Program-made: the position numbers and the translations under genes
Part shown: positions 48,194 to 57,900 of the stretch, piece after piece
How the letters are laid out: the number at the start of each line of letters is the position of its first letter
Position numbering within the stretch: the stretch's first letter is position 1
NCBI GenBank assembly: GCA_965368975.1
Contig: CBDUPA010000003.1
Location: 385,387 to 449,386, forward strand
Direction of reading: 5' to 3'
Source: an uncultured bacterium
Lineage (GTDB): Bacteria; Acidobacteriota; Thermoanaerobaculia; Multivoradales; JAHZIX01
DNA: 64,000 bases
The notes under the pieces: generated by a model
Databases searched by the model: none
Told to the model about the DNA's origin: nothing
Seen by the model: the letters and a program-made list of their open reading frames with translations, nothing else

Positions 48194-50482
48194 ATGACCG
48201 CCGCTGCTCGCCAGCGCCGCGTTCCCTTGCTGGTTCGCTTGCGCAATGTCTTGCTGGTGGTGGTGTTGCTTTTCGTCGCCGCCTTGCTCGGTCTCTACTT
48301 CTTTGGCCGAGCGGGCCTCGATACGTTGACGGCGCCGGCACCGGTCGACGAACAGGACATGCTGTCGGATGTCGACGCCAATGTCACCACCACGAGCCAG
48401 GGATTCGACTACACGCAGTACGAGGAAGGCCGAGCGCTGTTCCGCCTGCAGGGCGAGTACTACCGCGAGGATCGATCTTCGGTGGTCGAGCTCGAAGGCG
48501 TCAACCTGGAGATCTTCCGCCCTGATGGCAGCACTTTCCGCGTGCGCGGCAACGAGGCGATCTACAACCGGGCAGAGCAGTCGGCACAGCTGGAAGGCGA
48601 AGTCGAAGTCGAGGGACCGCGACAGCTGCGCTTGTGGACCGAACGCATGGTGGTGACCGACCAGGGCAACCGCATCGTGACGCCGGTGCCGGTGCGCTAC
48701 AGCTATGCGGGCAAGATGCGCGGTCGGGCGCAGCAGCTGCGCGTCAACCTTCCGACACGCACCTATCTGCTGCACGGCGTCGTCCGCATGCGCAGTCTGC
48801 TCAGTGTCGACACACCGTTTGGGCTCAATGCCACGCGTGCTTTCCTGGAAGAAGACAGGCGCCTGCTGCGCGCTGAAGGCAACGTACGCATGACGCGTTG
48901 GAGCGATTGGATGGACGCTCGACGCATCAGCTTGTTCCTGGCCGAGGACAGCAACATCGCCCGTTTCCTGCGCGCGCGCTGGGAAGTGCGCGGCGTCTTC
49001 CATGGCCCTGAGTCACCGCGCTACCGCCAAGACCTCTACGCGCAAGCCTCGTCTCGCCAGGACGAGGTGGCTGACGAAGCTGGCACCGACGATGGCGGGC
49101 TCGACGACGACGAGAATGCGTCCGCCGCCCAGCCAGCTTCGGCGAGCGAGCCGGAGACCAATACCAGTGGCCCACCACCAGGCGCCGTCTTCTATGCCGC
49201 CGAGAGTCTGTCTGCCGTCTTCGACACCACGGGCAGCCTGCGCAAGATCGAGATGGACGGCAGCCCACGGACCCCTGCGACCTTGCTCAGCCGCGACGCC
49301 GACACCGGCAACGTGCGGACGCTGACTTCGAACTACCTGGTCGGGGATTTGAACTCCGTCACCGTCGAAGTGGTGCCCGATGGTGGGGCCGATGCCTCGG
49401 CGCCACCGCGGACGCAAAGTGGTACCCGGCTGGAAGTCATCCAGGCGTACGGCCAGGTCCGCCTCGTGGAGCGTGAACAGGATGCCCCGCCGGAACGCTT
49501 CCTGAGACAGATTCGTGCCGAGCGTGGCCGCGCCCAGACCGGCACACTCGGCAAGTTGACTTCTGCCTCTTTCGCCGGCACCGTCGACTACCGCGAACCG
49601 CCCGTGTCGGTGAAGGCGTCGCGGGCCGAACTCGACGGTGACAGTGGCAAGGCTCGCTTCACCGGCTCGCCGGTCGTGCTGGACGGCGAGCAGGGGCAGC
49701 TCATGGCACCGATCGTTAGCTACAGTCGCGACCAGGAACTGGTCGAAGCCGAGGGTGGTGTGCGCGCCATGCTGCAGCAGTTGCCAGAGCGCAGTGTGCC
49801 TGGACCGCTGATGCAAGGCGGCGAAGGACCGGTGTGGGTCGAATCCGAGAGCGCCTGGTGGCGCCAGCCGGACAGCACCTTCGTCTTCCAAGGCCGCGTG
49901 CGCACCTGGCGCGGCGAGAACTTGCTGCTGGCAGACGAGATGCGCTTGCGCGAACCGAGTGAAGAGTTGGTCGCCACGGGCAACGTCAAGACCGTCTGGT
50001 ACCCGCCGCCCGCCGCCGATGAGCCAACCACCGATGAGGAGACGCAGAACCAGGGCGAGTCGACAGCCAGCAGCGAGCCGATCGAAGTCACTGCCGACAG
50101 CGTTACCTATCTGGGCCAAGAGCGCCGACTGCGCTACGAGGGCAACGTCGTGGTGGTCGACGCCACGCGGACCATGGCTTGCGGTGTCGCCGACATGAGT
50201 CTCGACGCAGAGCAACGCCTCGAGCGCCTGATCTGCTCCGGTGGCGCGGATGTGCGCGATAGCGCCAGCGGTCAGCGTGTCGAAGGTGACGTGGCCGTCT
50301 ACGAGGTGGATCGCCGGCTGGTCGACGTGACCGGTGATCCGGTGACCATGCGCGACCGCAACGGTACGCAGGTTCAAGGACGGCGCGCCGTCTACAACAT
50401 CGAGACGGGGCTGCTCGAACTGCGCAGCTTGAACGACACGGCGCCCGAAGCCGAGGCGTCGAGCACGGAGAGTCAACCATGA
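48194..50482 (+). CDS. LPS export periplasmic protein, LptC-LptA(OstA) multi-jellyroll fusion
   Basis: Single N-terminal TM helix, repeated beta-jellyroll motifs ([23 protein letters not shown]); directly upstream of lptB. Confidence 0.8.
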   Translation: MTAAARQRRVPLLVRLRNVLLVVVLLFVAALLGLYFFGRAGLDTLTAPAPVDEQDMLSDVDANVTTTSQGFDYTQYEEGRALFRLQGEYYREDRSSVVELEGVNLEIFRPDGSTFRVRGNEAIYNRAEQSAQLEGEVEVEGPRQLRLWTERMVVTDQGNRIVTPVPVRYSYAGKMRGRAQQLRVNLPTRTYLLHGVVRMRSLLSVDTPFGLNATRAFLEEDRRLLRAEGNVRMTRWSDWMDARRISLFLAEDSNIARFLRARWEVRGVFHGPESPRYRQDLYAQASSRQDEVADEAGTDDGGLDDDENASAAQPASASEPETNTSGPPPGAVFYAAESLSAVFDTTGSLRKIEMDGSPRTPATLLSRDADTGNVRTLTSNYLVGDLNSVTVEVVPDGGADASAPPRTQSGTRLEVIQAYGQVRLVEREQDAPPERFLRQIRAERGRAQTGTLGKLTSASFAGTVDYREPPVSVKASRAELDGDSGKARFTGSPVVLDGEQGQLMAPIVSYSRDQELVEAEGGVRAMLQQLPERSVPGPLMQGGEGPVWVESESAWWRQPDSTFVFQGRVRTWRGENLLLADEMRLREPSEELVATGNVKTVWYPPPAADEPTTDEETQNQGESTASSEPIEVTADSVTYLGQERRLRYEGNVVVVDATRTMACGVADMSLDAEQRLERLICSGGADVRDSASGQRVEGDVAVYEVDRRLVDVTGDPVTMRDRNGTQVQGRRAVYNIETGLLELRSLNDTAPEAEASSTESQP

Positions 50483-51285
50483 GCCTGAGCGGTGGACCCC
50501 GCGTCACAGCGCCCCGCGACCGCACGGCGGAGACGCCGGCCGACAAGGCCGAGGCCCAGCAGTTGCCGGTCCTTAGCACGCGCAATCTGCGCAAGGTCTA
50601 CCGTGGCCGTGCGGTGGTGCAGGACATCTCGCTGGAAGTCGAACCCGGTGAAATCGTGGGTCTGCTCGGTCCCAATGGTGCCGGCAAGACGACTACCTTC
50701 TACATGGTCGTCGGCCTGACGCCACCAGACCGTGGTCAGGTTTTTCTGGGCGACGAGGAGATCACCGAGTTGCCCATGTACCTGCGGGCCCAGCGCGGCA
50801 TCAGCTACCTGCCGCAGGAACCCTCAGTGTTTCGCAAGATGTCGGTGGAGAACAACTTGCGCGCCATCTTCGAGACCCTCGACCTGCCGCGCGGCGAGCG
50901 TGAACGGCGCATCGGTCGCCTATTGCAAGATTTCGGCCTCGAGAAGGTGCGCAAGAGCCCTGGCTATGCGTTGTCGGGCGGCGAACGCAGACGGGTCGAG
51001 ATTGCCCGCGCCCTGGTGCTCGACCCCTGGTATATTCTTCTTGACGAGCCCTTTGCAGGGATCGATCCGATCGCGGTACTGGACATTCAGACGATCATCC
51101 GGCACCTCAAGGACATGGGGATCGGTGTTCTGATCACCGATCACAACGTGCGCGAGACGCTGAAGATCACGGATCGGGCCTACATCATCAACAACGGCGA
51201 AATCCTGCGTACGGGCACGCCACAAGAACTGTCGTCGGACCCGCAGGTGCGTAAGATTTACCTCGGTTCCGAGTTCCGTCTCTAG
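50479..51285 (+). CDS. lptB: LPS export ABC ATPase LptB
   Basis: [56 protein letters not shown]. Confidence 0.97.
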   Translation: MSLSGGPRVTAPRDRTAETPADKAEAQQLPVLSTRNLRKVYRGRAVVQDISLEVEPGEIVGLLGPNGAGKTTTFYMVVGLTPPDRGQVFLGDEEITELPMYLRAQRGISYLPQEPSVFRKMSVENNLRAIFETLDLPRGERERRIGRLLQDFGLEKVRKSPGYALSGGERRRVEIARALVLDPWYILLDEPFAGIDPIAVLDIQTIIRHLKDMGIGVLITDHNVRETLKITDRAYIINNGEILRTGTPQELSSDPQVRKIYLGSEFRL

Positions 51286-51307
51286 ACCGGCTCTCTGGAC
51301 ATCTTCT

Positions 51308-53062
51308 ATGGCGCTGGAACAGAAGCTTTCTCTCAAGCTCGCCCAAAAGCTGGTGATGACCCCATCACTGCAGCAGGCGATCAAGCTCCTGCAAATGACC
51401 CGCATGGAGCTGCAGACGGTGCTGGCAGAAGAGCTGGAGCAGAATCCGGTGCTCGAAGAGACCGTCGAGACCCTGCCCGACGAGAACAAGCGCGACGAAG
51501 ACGATCAGCCGCAGCGGGACGACGAGCTGGATCACAAGGAGTCGATGGAGCAGGTCGACCTGGAATCCTATTTCAGCGACTACTGGGAGAGCTCCGGCTA
51601 CGCTTCGGTCAGTGAGCACCACGAGGCGCCGCCGCTCGAGAACACGCTCACCGAAGAGCCGGATCTCTACGACCACCTACTCTGGCAGCTGTCGATGCTC
51701 GACATCGACGAGCGCCAGCGCGAGATCGCCGAGCTGATCATCGGCAACCTCAACCATGACGGGTTCCTGGAAGTGACGCCGGAGGAAATCCGGGCTCTCG
51801 GACCGCACTCGCCGGAGGCGGCGGCAGCGGTCGCCGAGCTGGTCGCCGAGCTACAGGCCGACGCCGACCTCACCGAAGCCGCCATGCTCGCCAATGGCGA
51901 CCTCGCTGCCGCGCTCGGTGGCACGCTGGAACTGTCGGCGGCTCCGCCACGCGAGAGCGCAGACGCCGCCGGTGACACTTCGGCGGTGGATGCCGAAGTC
52001 CAGAAAGAGAAAGCGAGCCGCGCCGCGGCCGACGCTCTGACGGGTATTTCCGCTATCGCGCTGGAACTCGCGCCGGAGGGCGAACCCTACACGCTCGAAG
52101 AGATCGACGCGGTGCTCGCGATTCTGCGCACCTTCGACCCGCCGGGCATCGCTTGCCGTGACATGTGCCACAGCCTCGAAGTCCAGATCGACCGCCTGCA
52201 GCGCGAAGAAGAGGAGTGGGAAGGGTACCTCGATTCCGCGCAGCAGCAGCGGTACGACCTGGCCCGTGCCATCGTGTGTGAGCACTGGGATCTTTTCCTC
52301 AAGCGTCAGTTCCCGGTGCTCGCCAAGCAGCTTGCTCAGCCGCTGGCCAAGCTCGAACCCGCGGTCGACTTGATCAAGAGCCTCGATCCGCGCCCCGGTC
52401 GTCGCTACAGCAGCGACCGACCGCAGTACATCGAGCCCGACGTCGCGGTAGTCAAGGTCGGCGACGAATACGTCATCCAGCTCAACGACGACGGCATGCC
52501 GCGGCTGCGCGTCAGCCGTGCCTACCGGCGCATGCTGCAACGCATGAAGAGCGACGGTCACCACACCGACGCACAAGCTTTCATCAAAGACAAGATGCGC
52601 TCCGCCGTGTGGTTGATCAAGAGCCTTGACCAGCGCCAGCGCACCATCTACAAGGTCGCCACCTCGATCGTGCGCCAACAGCAAGAATTCCTAGAGCGGG
52701 GCATCGACGGCTTGCGCCCGATGGTCTTGCGCGACGTCGCTGAAGACATCGGCATGCACGAGTCGACGGTCAGCCGCGTGGTGTCGAACAAATACATCCA
52801 CACCCCGCGTGGCCTCTATCCCATGAAGTTCTTCTTCCACAGCGGTATCGACCGCGATCGTGGAGAAAATATCTCGTCCTTGAGCGTCAAGCGCAAGATC
52901 GAGCAACTAATCCGCGACGAGAATCCCAAGCGGCCTCTGTCCGACAGCGCACTGATGCGTACCCTGCAACGCGAGGGTATCCAGATCGCCCGGCGGACGG
53001 TCGCCAAGTACCGCGATGAGCTCGGGATCTCGTCGTCCACGGACCGCAAGCAGGTCTTCTGA
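51308..53062 (+). CDS. rpoN: RNA polymerase sigma-54 factor
   Basis: MTPSLQQAIKLLQ, ELEQNPVLE, HESTVSR and the RpoN box ARRTVAKYR. Confidence 0.97.
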   Translation: MALEQKLSLKLAQKLVMTPSLQQAIKLLQMTRMELQTVLAEELEQNPVLEETVETLPDENKRDEDDQPQRDDELDHKESMEQVDLESYFSDYWESSGYASVSEHHEAPPLENTLTEEPDLYDHLLWQLSMLDIDERQREIAELIIGNLNHDGFLEVTPEEIRALGPHSPEAAAAVAELVAELQADADLTEAAMLANGDLAAALGGTLELSAAPPRESADAAGDTSAVDAEVQKEKASRAAADALTGISAIALELAPEGEPYTLEEIDAVLAILRTFDPPGIACRDMCHSLEVQIDRLQREEEEWEGYLDSAQQQRYDLARAIVCEHWDLFLKRQFPVLAKQLAQPLAKLEPAVDLIKSLDPRPGRRYSSDRPQYIEPDVAVVKVGDEYVIQLNDDGMPRLRVSRAYRRMLQRMKSDGHHTDAQAFIKDKMRSAVWLIKSLDQRQRTIYKVATSIVRQQQEFLERGIDGLRPMVLRDVAEDIGMHESTVSRVVSNKYIHTPRGLYPMKFFFHSGIDRDRGENISSLSVKRKIEQLIRDENPKRPLSDSALMRTLQREGIQIARRTVAKYRDELGISSSTDRKQVF

Positions 53063-53124
53063 CAATTCCATCACTCAGGACCGCCGGCTGTGAGCCGTGC
53101 GGCGGAGGCGAGTAGGCACGACCC

Positions 53125-53682
53125 ATGAATATCGAATACGTCACCAAGCACTTTCACCTCGACGATCCGACCAAGTCCTACGTCGAGGACAAGTTGCAGA
53201 AAATCACCAAGTTCGTCGAGCAGCCGGAGTTTCGCCTGATCTTGGAAACCGAGAACAACGGCCGGCGTCTGATCGCCGATGTGCATGTGGCGCATCGCCA
53301 CGGCGTCCTGCAGGCGTCCGAGGCGACCGAAAGCGATATGCGCGATTCGATCCTGCACGCCATCGAGAAGGTGGAGAAGCAGGCGCGGCGTTCGCACAAC
53401 AAGTTCATTGACAAGCGTCGGCGCGCCGACCGTGCGGTACAGGAAGAGCACCGCTGGTCGGTGGACGTGCTCGAAGGCGCGAGTGTCGGCAGCGGCAACG
53501 AGCCGCGCATCGTCAAGACCGGTCACCTGCCGATCAAGCCCATGACCATCGACGAAGCGGCGCTCCAACTCGGCGACTCGAAGAACGAGTTCATCGTCTT
53601 CCGCGACGCCGGCAGTCAGCGGGTCAACGTCCTGTACCGTCGTAAGGACGCCAACTTCGGCCTGATCGACGCCGAACCCTGA
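53125..53682 (+). CDS. hpf: Ribosome hibernation promoting factor (long HPF/RaiA)
   Basis: YVEDKLQKI, IEKVEKQ and C-terminal KPMTIDEAALQL...VLYRRKDANFGLI; follows rpoN. Confidence 0.93.
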   Translation: MNIEYVTKHFHLDDPTKSYVEDKLQKITKFVEQPEFRLILETENNGRRLIADVHVAHRHGVLQASEATESDMRDSILHAIEKVEKQARRSHNKFIDKRRRADRAVQEEHRWSVDVLEGASVGSGNEPRIVKTGHLPIKPMTIDEAALQLGDSKNEFIVFRDAGSQRVNVLYRRKDANFGLIDAEP

Positions 53683-53700
53683 TCCGCGGAGACCGAAGAC

Positions 53701-54156
53701 ATGAACCTGGCTTCTTTGGCGCGGCCGGAACTCATCTTTCCGTCCCTGCCAGGGTCGGATCGCTCTACTGTCCTGCGCTCGCTGGCTGATTTGCTAGCGG
53801 GTGTGGGCGCGGTTCCCGACGCACAAGATCTCTATGATCGTCTGTGGGAACGCGAACAGCTGGACTCGACCGGCATTGGATCCGGCGTCGCGATTCCGCA
53901 CTGCAAACTGCCCGGTCTCGAGCGCGCGCTGCTGGCGATCGCGGTCACCTGCGGTGATGTCGATTTCGCGGCTGTCGATGGCGCACCGGTGCGCGTGCTC
54001 TTCCTGGTCGTGTCGCCGAGCCACAACCCGGCTGAGCACCTCACCGTCCTGGCCGCCATCACCCGCTGGCTGAAAGAGAACCCCGTGCAGCAGTTGCTCG
54101 ACGTCTGCGACGACGCCGAGGCCCTCTTTGCTCGCCTGCAGGGTGGCGAGGTCTGA
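53701..54156 (+). CDS. ptsN: PTS EIIA (Ntr/fructose type)
   Basis: EREQLDSTGIGSGVAIPH; rpoN operon context. Confidence 0.9.
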   Translation: MNLASLARPELIFPSLPGSDRSTVLRSLADLLAGVGAVPDAQDLYDRLWEREQLDSTGIGSGVAIPHCKLPGLERALLAIAVTCGDVDFAAVDGAPVRVLFLVVSPSHNPAEHLTVLAAITRWLKENPVQQLLDVCDDAEALFARLQGGEV

Positions 54157-54159
54157 GCC

Positions 54160-55251
54160 TTGGCCGCGTCCAAGAATTCAGCCACCGCCCGCCGCCGCCG
54201 CTCGCGCGAGCAACCGCGTGCGCAGGGCCAGGGCTCGACATCCACGGGTGGCAAGGACGGCGGCAAGCGTGGACACCACGGAGGCGACAAGGTCGTCACC
54301 GTCAGCGAGCTCATGCACAGCACCGAGTTGCTCAACCTCGAATTCAGTGTCCTCTGCGGCGACAAGCACCTCGACAGCTGCATCACCCACCCGCGCGTCC
54401 AGAAACCTGGCCTCGCGTTCGCGGGCTACTTTCCCTACATCAAACCCGGCCGCGTGCAGATCGTCGGCGAGAGCGAACTCGCTTACCTCGACACGCTCGA
54501 CCCCGGCGATCGCCGGCAGCGTTTCGAGCACATCACCGACCTGCCGGTGCCGGTCTTCGTGGTCACCAAAGGGCTACGGCCGCACCGCCAGTTGCTCGAT
54601 CTCTGCGAGACCAAGGGCCTACCGATGCTCAGCTCACAGGCCCTGTCATCGGTCGTGATCGAGCAGGTCAGCTACTTCCTCGAAGACAACTTGGTGCCGA
54701 GCGTCAAGCTGCATGGTGTGTTGCTGGACATCTACGGTCTCGGCGTCTTGCTGATCGGTGACAGCGGTGTCGGCAAGAGTGAATGTGCGCTCGACCTGGT
54801 GACGCGTGGTCACAGTCTGGTCGCCGACGACCAGGTGACCATCAAGCGTTACCCCAAGGGCGAGCTGATCGGGTACTGCGAAGAGCGACTGCGCCACCAC
54901 ATGGAACTGCGTGGCCTGGGCATCATCAACGTCCAGGACCTCTTTGGCCTCGCCGCCGTGCGCGAGCGCAAGTCCATCGACTTGGTCGTCAAGCTCGAAC
55001 ATCTCCTACCCAACTCGCATTGCGAGCGTCTGGGTCTCGACGAAGCTCTCTACGACATTCTCGACGTCCCCTGCCCGTACATCCAGATGCCCGTCGCCGT
55101 CGGCCGCAACCTCTCGATCTTGATCGAGATTGCCGCCCGCAACCATGTACTCAAGCTGCAGGGGCATCATTCGGCCCGTGAGCTGGTACGCAAGTTGGAG
55201 GAGCAGCTTGAACACCAACGAGTCCCACTTACCCCCCGAGGCACGGGCTAG
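54160..55251 (+). CDS. hprK: HPr(Ser) kinase/phosphorylase
   Basis: QKPGLAFAG, LHGVLLD, GDSGVGKSE, LVADD, ELRGLGII, GRNL. Confidence 0.96.
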   Translation: MAASKNSATARRRRSREQPRAQGQGSTSTGGKDGGKRGHHGGDKVVTVSELMHSTELLNLEFSVLCGDKHLDSCITHPRVQKPGLAFAGYFPYIKPGRVQIVGESELAYLDTLDPGDRRQRFEHITDLPVPVFVVTKGLRPHRQLLDLCETKGLPMLSSQALSSVVIEQVSYFLEDNLVPSVKLHGVLLDIYGLGVLLIGDSGVGKSECALDLVTRGHSLVADDQVTIKRYPKGELIGYCEERLRHHMELRGLGIINVQDLFGLAAVRERKSIDLVVKLEHLLPNSHCERLGLDEALYDILDVPCPYIQMPVAVGRNLSILIEIAARNHVLKLQGHHSARELVRKLEEQLEHQRVPLTPRGTG

Positions 55252-56101
55252 ACTCATCCTGGTCACCGGCCTGTCCGGTTCCGGCAAGAGCTACGCGGCC
55301 AACTGCTTGGAAGACCTCGGCTACTACGTGGTCGACAACTTGCCGTTGCCGCTGCTGCGCAGTTTCGTCCAGGATCCCGTGGCTCAGGTCGGCGGCCACT
55401 ACCGCCGCATCGCCGTCGTCACGGACGTGCGCGCCCACGGCTTCGCGCAGGAACTGCCGGAGCTGCTGCAGAGCATCGATCGCAGTCGCGTGCTGCCGAC
55501 GGTCGTTTTCCTCGAAGCCTCCGAAGAAACGTTGATCCGCCGCTTCAGCGAAACTCGTCGACCGCACCCGCTGGCCGGCAGCGAGTCGGCGGTGCAGGGG
55601 ATCCGCAGAGAGCGCGAAGAGCTCGCCGAGATCCGCGGCCTCTCCGACCTCGTCCTGGATACCACCAGCTGGTCCGTCCACCAGCTGCGCAGCCACATCT
55701 ACCAAGAGTTCGCCGAAGACCTCGGCAGCGGGCTCGTCGTGTCCTTGACCAGCTTCGGTTTCAAGCACGGTATCCCGCACGGCTCGGACCTCCTCTTCGA
55801 CTTACGCTACTTGCCGAATCCGTACTTCGTCCCCGGGCTGCGTGAGCACACCGGCCTGGAAGCGCCGGTGCACGAGTTCCTGCATGGGCAGAGCGAGTTC
55901 GTCGAATTGGTGGAGCGGTTGGAGGATCTGTTGCTGTACTTGCTGCCGAAATACCGGCGCGAGAACCGGACGTACTTGTCCGTATCGATCGGCTGCACCG
56001 GCGGCCGGCATCGATCCGTCGCGGCGGTCGCGGAGCTGGCGTCGCGGTTGGAGAAGGAAGGGTGGGGCGTGCGTACGATGCACCGGGACCTGGGGCGGTA
56101 A
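55208..56101 (+). CDS. rapZ: RNase adapter RapZ (YvcJ family)
   Basis: VTGLSGSGKS, VDNLP, RRFSETRRPHP, SFGFKHG, GCTGGRHRSV; TTG start after GGAGGAG. Confidence 0.95.
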   Translation: MNTNESHLPPEARARLILVTGLSGSGKSYAANCLEDLGYYVVDNLPLPLLRSFVQDPVAQVGGHYRRIAVVTDVRAHGFAQELPELLQSIDRSRVLPTVVFLEASEETLIRRFSETRRPHPLAGSESAVQGIRREREELAEIRGLSDLVLDTTSWSVHQLRSHIYQEFAEDLGSGLVVSLTSFGFKHGIPHGSDLLFDLRYLPNPYFVPGLREHTGLEAPVHEFLHGQSEFVELVERLEDLLLYLLPKYRRENRTYLSVSIGCTGGRHRSVAAVAELASRLEKEGWGVRTMHRDLGR

Positions 56102-56138
56102 GAGACAGAACCGCCCACCCCGACCGGCCCACCCGTCA

Positions 56139-56349
56139 GAGGGCGCATGTCCATGCGCCCCTACGCCCCACCCGATCCCCCGACTCGTTGCGCATACGCA
56201 GGGCCGGTTTGGTTGCTGAGCCTTCTCTTGCGATCGACCACCGGTGGTGTGCGATGAGGGGGAGCGCCATCGGGACCGGGGTGTTTGTGCCAAGCGTAAA
56301 CGAGTCGGGGGCAGGGGCGGGATGTAGGGGCGCACGGACGTGCGCCCTC
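56139..56349. repeat. Inverted doublet of GTAG-family REP palindromes (REPIN-like)
   Basis: The reverse complement of 56139-56164 is GTAGGGGCGCATGGACATGCGCCCTC; 56324-56349 is GTAGGGGCGCACGGACGTGCGCCCTC. The inner arms CCCCCGACTCGTT / AACGAGTCGGGGG are also inverted. Confidence 0.8.
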
Positions 56350-56369
56350 CGGCTCCGGTGTCAGATCCA

Positions 56370-57670
56370 TCAGGTCTGCTTCGGCAAGATCGGCAACCCC
56401 GGATCGTATTCCTTGTAATGCTGCGGACACAGCCAGCGGTAATCCCCGGTCGGCGTCATGATCCGGCGCAGGCCACCCCAGGTTCGATCGGGGTCGAGTT
56501 CCAGCAACAACGAGTGGAGATGCCGCAAGGCGGCACCTTCGGCGTGGGTTCGGAAGTCGTCGGTCTCTCGGACCTTCACGAAGTCTTCCGCCTCGCCGGA
56601 CAACAGGCCGCGCGTCACCTTCTCCATCAGTTCCAGCTTGGGCTTGACGTCGTCGAGCAGGGCCTCGGCGAGCCCTGCTCTGACTAAGGCGCCTGCGATC
56701 GGAATCACCAGCTTGAGCGTCGACGCGACCGTACGCATCAGCGGCGCTATCTTGCGCAGCTTCTCGTTGGCCACGGGAAAGACGTATTCGCCGCGCTGTC
56801 CCTGATCGCTATCTCGAGGTCCGGTGCCGATCGGCCAGATCGGGTGCGGATGGTCGGGATGTTCGCACCAGAGGGTGAGCCGCTGCGCCGTCTTGCCGAG
56901 GTCGAGGGGGTTCCAGCTGTCGAGGTCTTCGGGTAGCAGCGTGAAGGTGCCGGGGCAAAGATGGCCTTCCGAGCCGAGAGCCCGGAGCAACGCCCAGTGG
57001 CGTGCCGCCGCCTCGCTGGCGTGCGCCTTGGACTCTTTGCGCATCTCGCGCACCTCGACCAGCACGTCCGGACCGTCGAAGCCGGTCAGTAAGCGATCCA
57101 GACTCCAAGCTTCGTCGCACCGCAGACAGGAAACCTCGTGCTTCCCTTTGCGCTTCCGCTTCAACATTCCATCCAAGGGAAAGCGCCCGTCGCAGGGTTC
57201 ACCATCGGGTTCGACCGTCGGGCACGGAACGGAGAACGTCATCTCGAGTCCCTGCCAGCGCTTCGCGAGAACCTGCAAGGTATCGCGCAGGATGTTCATG
57301 AAGTACTGCGGCCAGTCCGCGCGAACGGAAATCCTTGGTTGGTCCGTCTTCGAGCACCAGGCTGATTGCCTTCGCCAGCCACTCCGGGTCCAAGATTACC
57401 TGGTCGCCGAGCCCCTTGTCTTCGCCCGTTCTGCCAGCATGCGCTGAACTTCTCTCCCATCTGTGGCAGCCCTGCCGCAGCCTGGGCAATGGCGTCTCGC
57501 AGTTCCCGGATGCCGTGCCCGTCCTTGCTGTCGACTTCGAAGAAGCCCTCGATCACGTCGCCGTGATCCCGCATCAAGAAGCGACGACTTACCGACGGCG
57601 CCTTCACCGACGAGGAGGAGCTTGGCTTCGAAGATGGGCGTCGCGTCTTCCGTAAGACCGCGGAGGTAGC
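56370..57670 (-). pseudogene. Roc-COR (Roco) GTPase remnant with three internal deletions; C-terminal 309-aa ORF intact (56370-57299)
   Basis: Four colinear fragments with a frame change at each junction: EAKLLLVGEGAVGKSSLL; FFEVDSKDGHGIRELRDAI...LPQMGE; VILDPEWLAKAISLVLED; C-terminal GGLRRIMTPTGDYRWLCPQH. Confidence 0.8.
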
Positions 57671-57696
57671 TGCCGGTCACACACACACCGATTAAT

Positions 57697-57712
57697 CGTG
57701 AATTTGTTCACG
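57697..57712. promoter_or_regulatory. Perfect palindrome CGTGAA-N4-TTCACG (Rex-operator-like)
   Basis: Seen directly; shares the GTGAA-N4-TTCAC core of Rex operators. Confidence 0.35.
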
Positions 57713-57761
57713 CCTTGTACTGGATAGGTCTTCCTTGTGTCTTCTGTTCGGGCTAGTCTAT

Positions 57762-57868
57762 CGTCCACAGCCTGTGCGAAGGCACTCCTGTGCAAAACAC
57801 CTGTGGATCCCACACCTGTGCAAAACCACCCCCTGTGCGAAACCCCTGTGGATTCCGCCTGTGGACGG
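57762..57868. repeat. Array of seven direct CCTGTG(G/C) boxes plus one inverted copy (DnaA-box/iteron-like)
   Basis: CCTGTG at 57771, 57787, 57800, 57815, 57832, 57845 and 57858; inverted CGTCCACAG at 57762. Confidence 0.8.
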
Positions 57869-57900
57869 AACGCCATCCCCTAGACGCCATCCCCTAGAAA

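Noticed and set aside
57762-57868. Box array as a CRISPR array or as the chromosomal oriC
   Set aside because: Units are only 13-17 nt with no spacers or cas genes. No dnaA/dnaN is nearby, no box is a perfect TTATCCACA, and gene orientation does not switch across the site. Kept only as DnaA-box/iteron-like.
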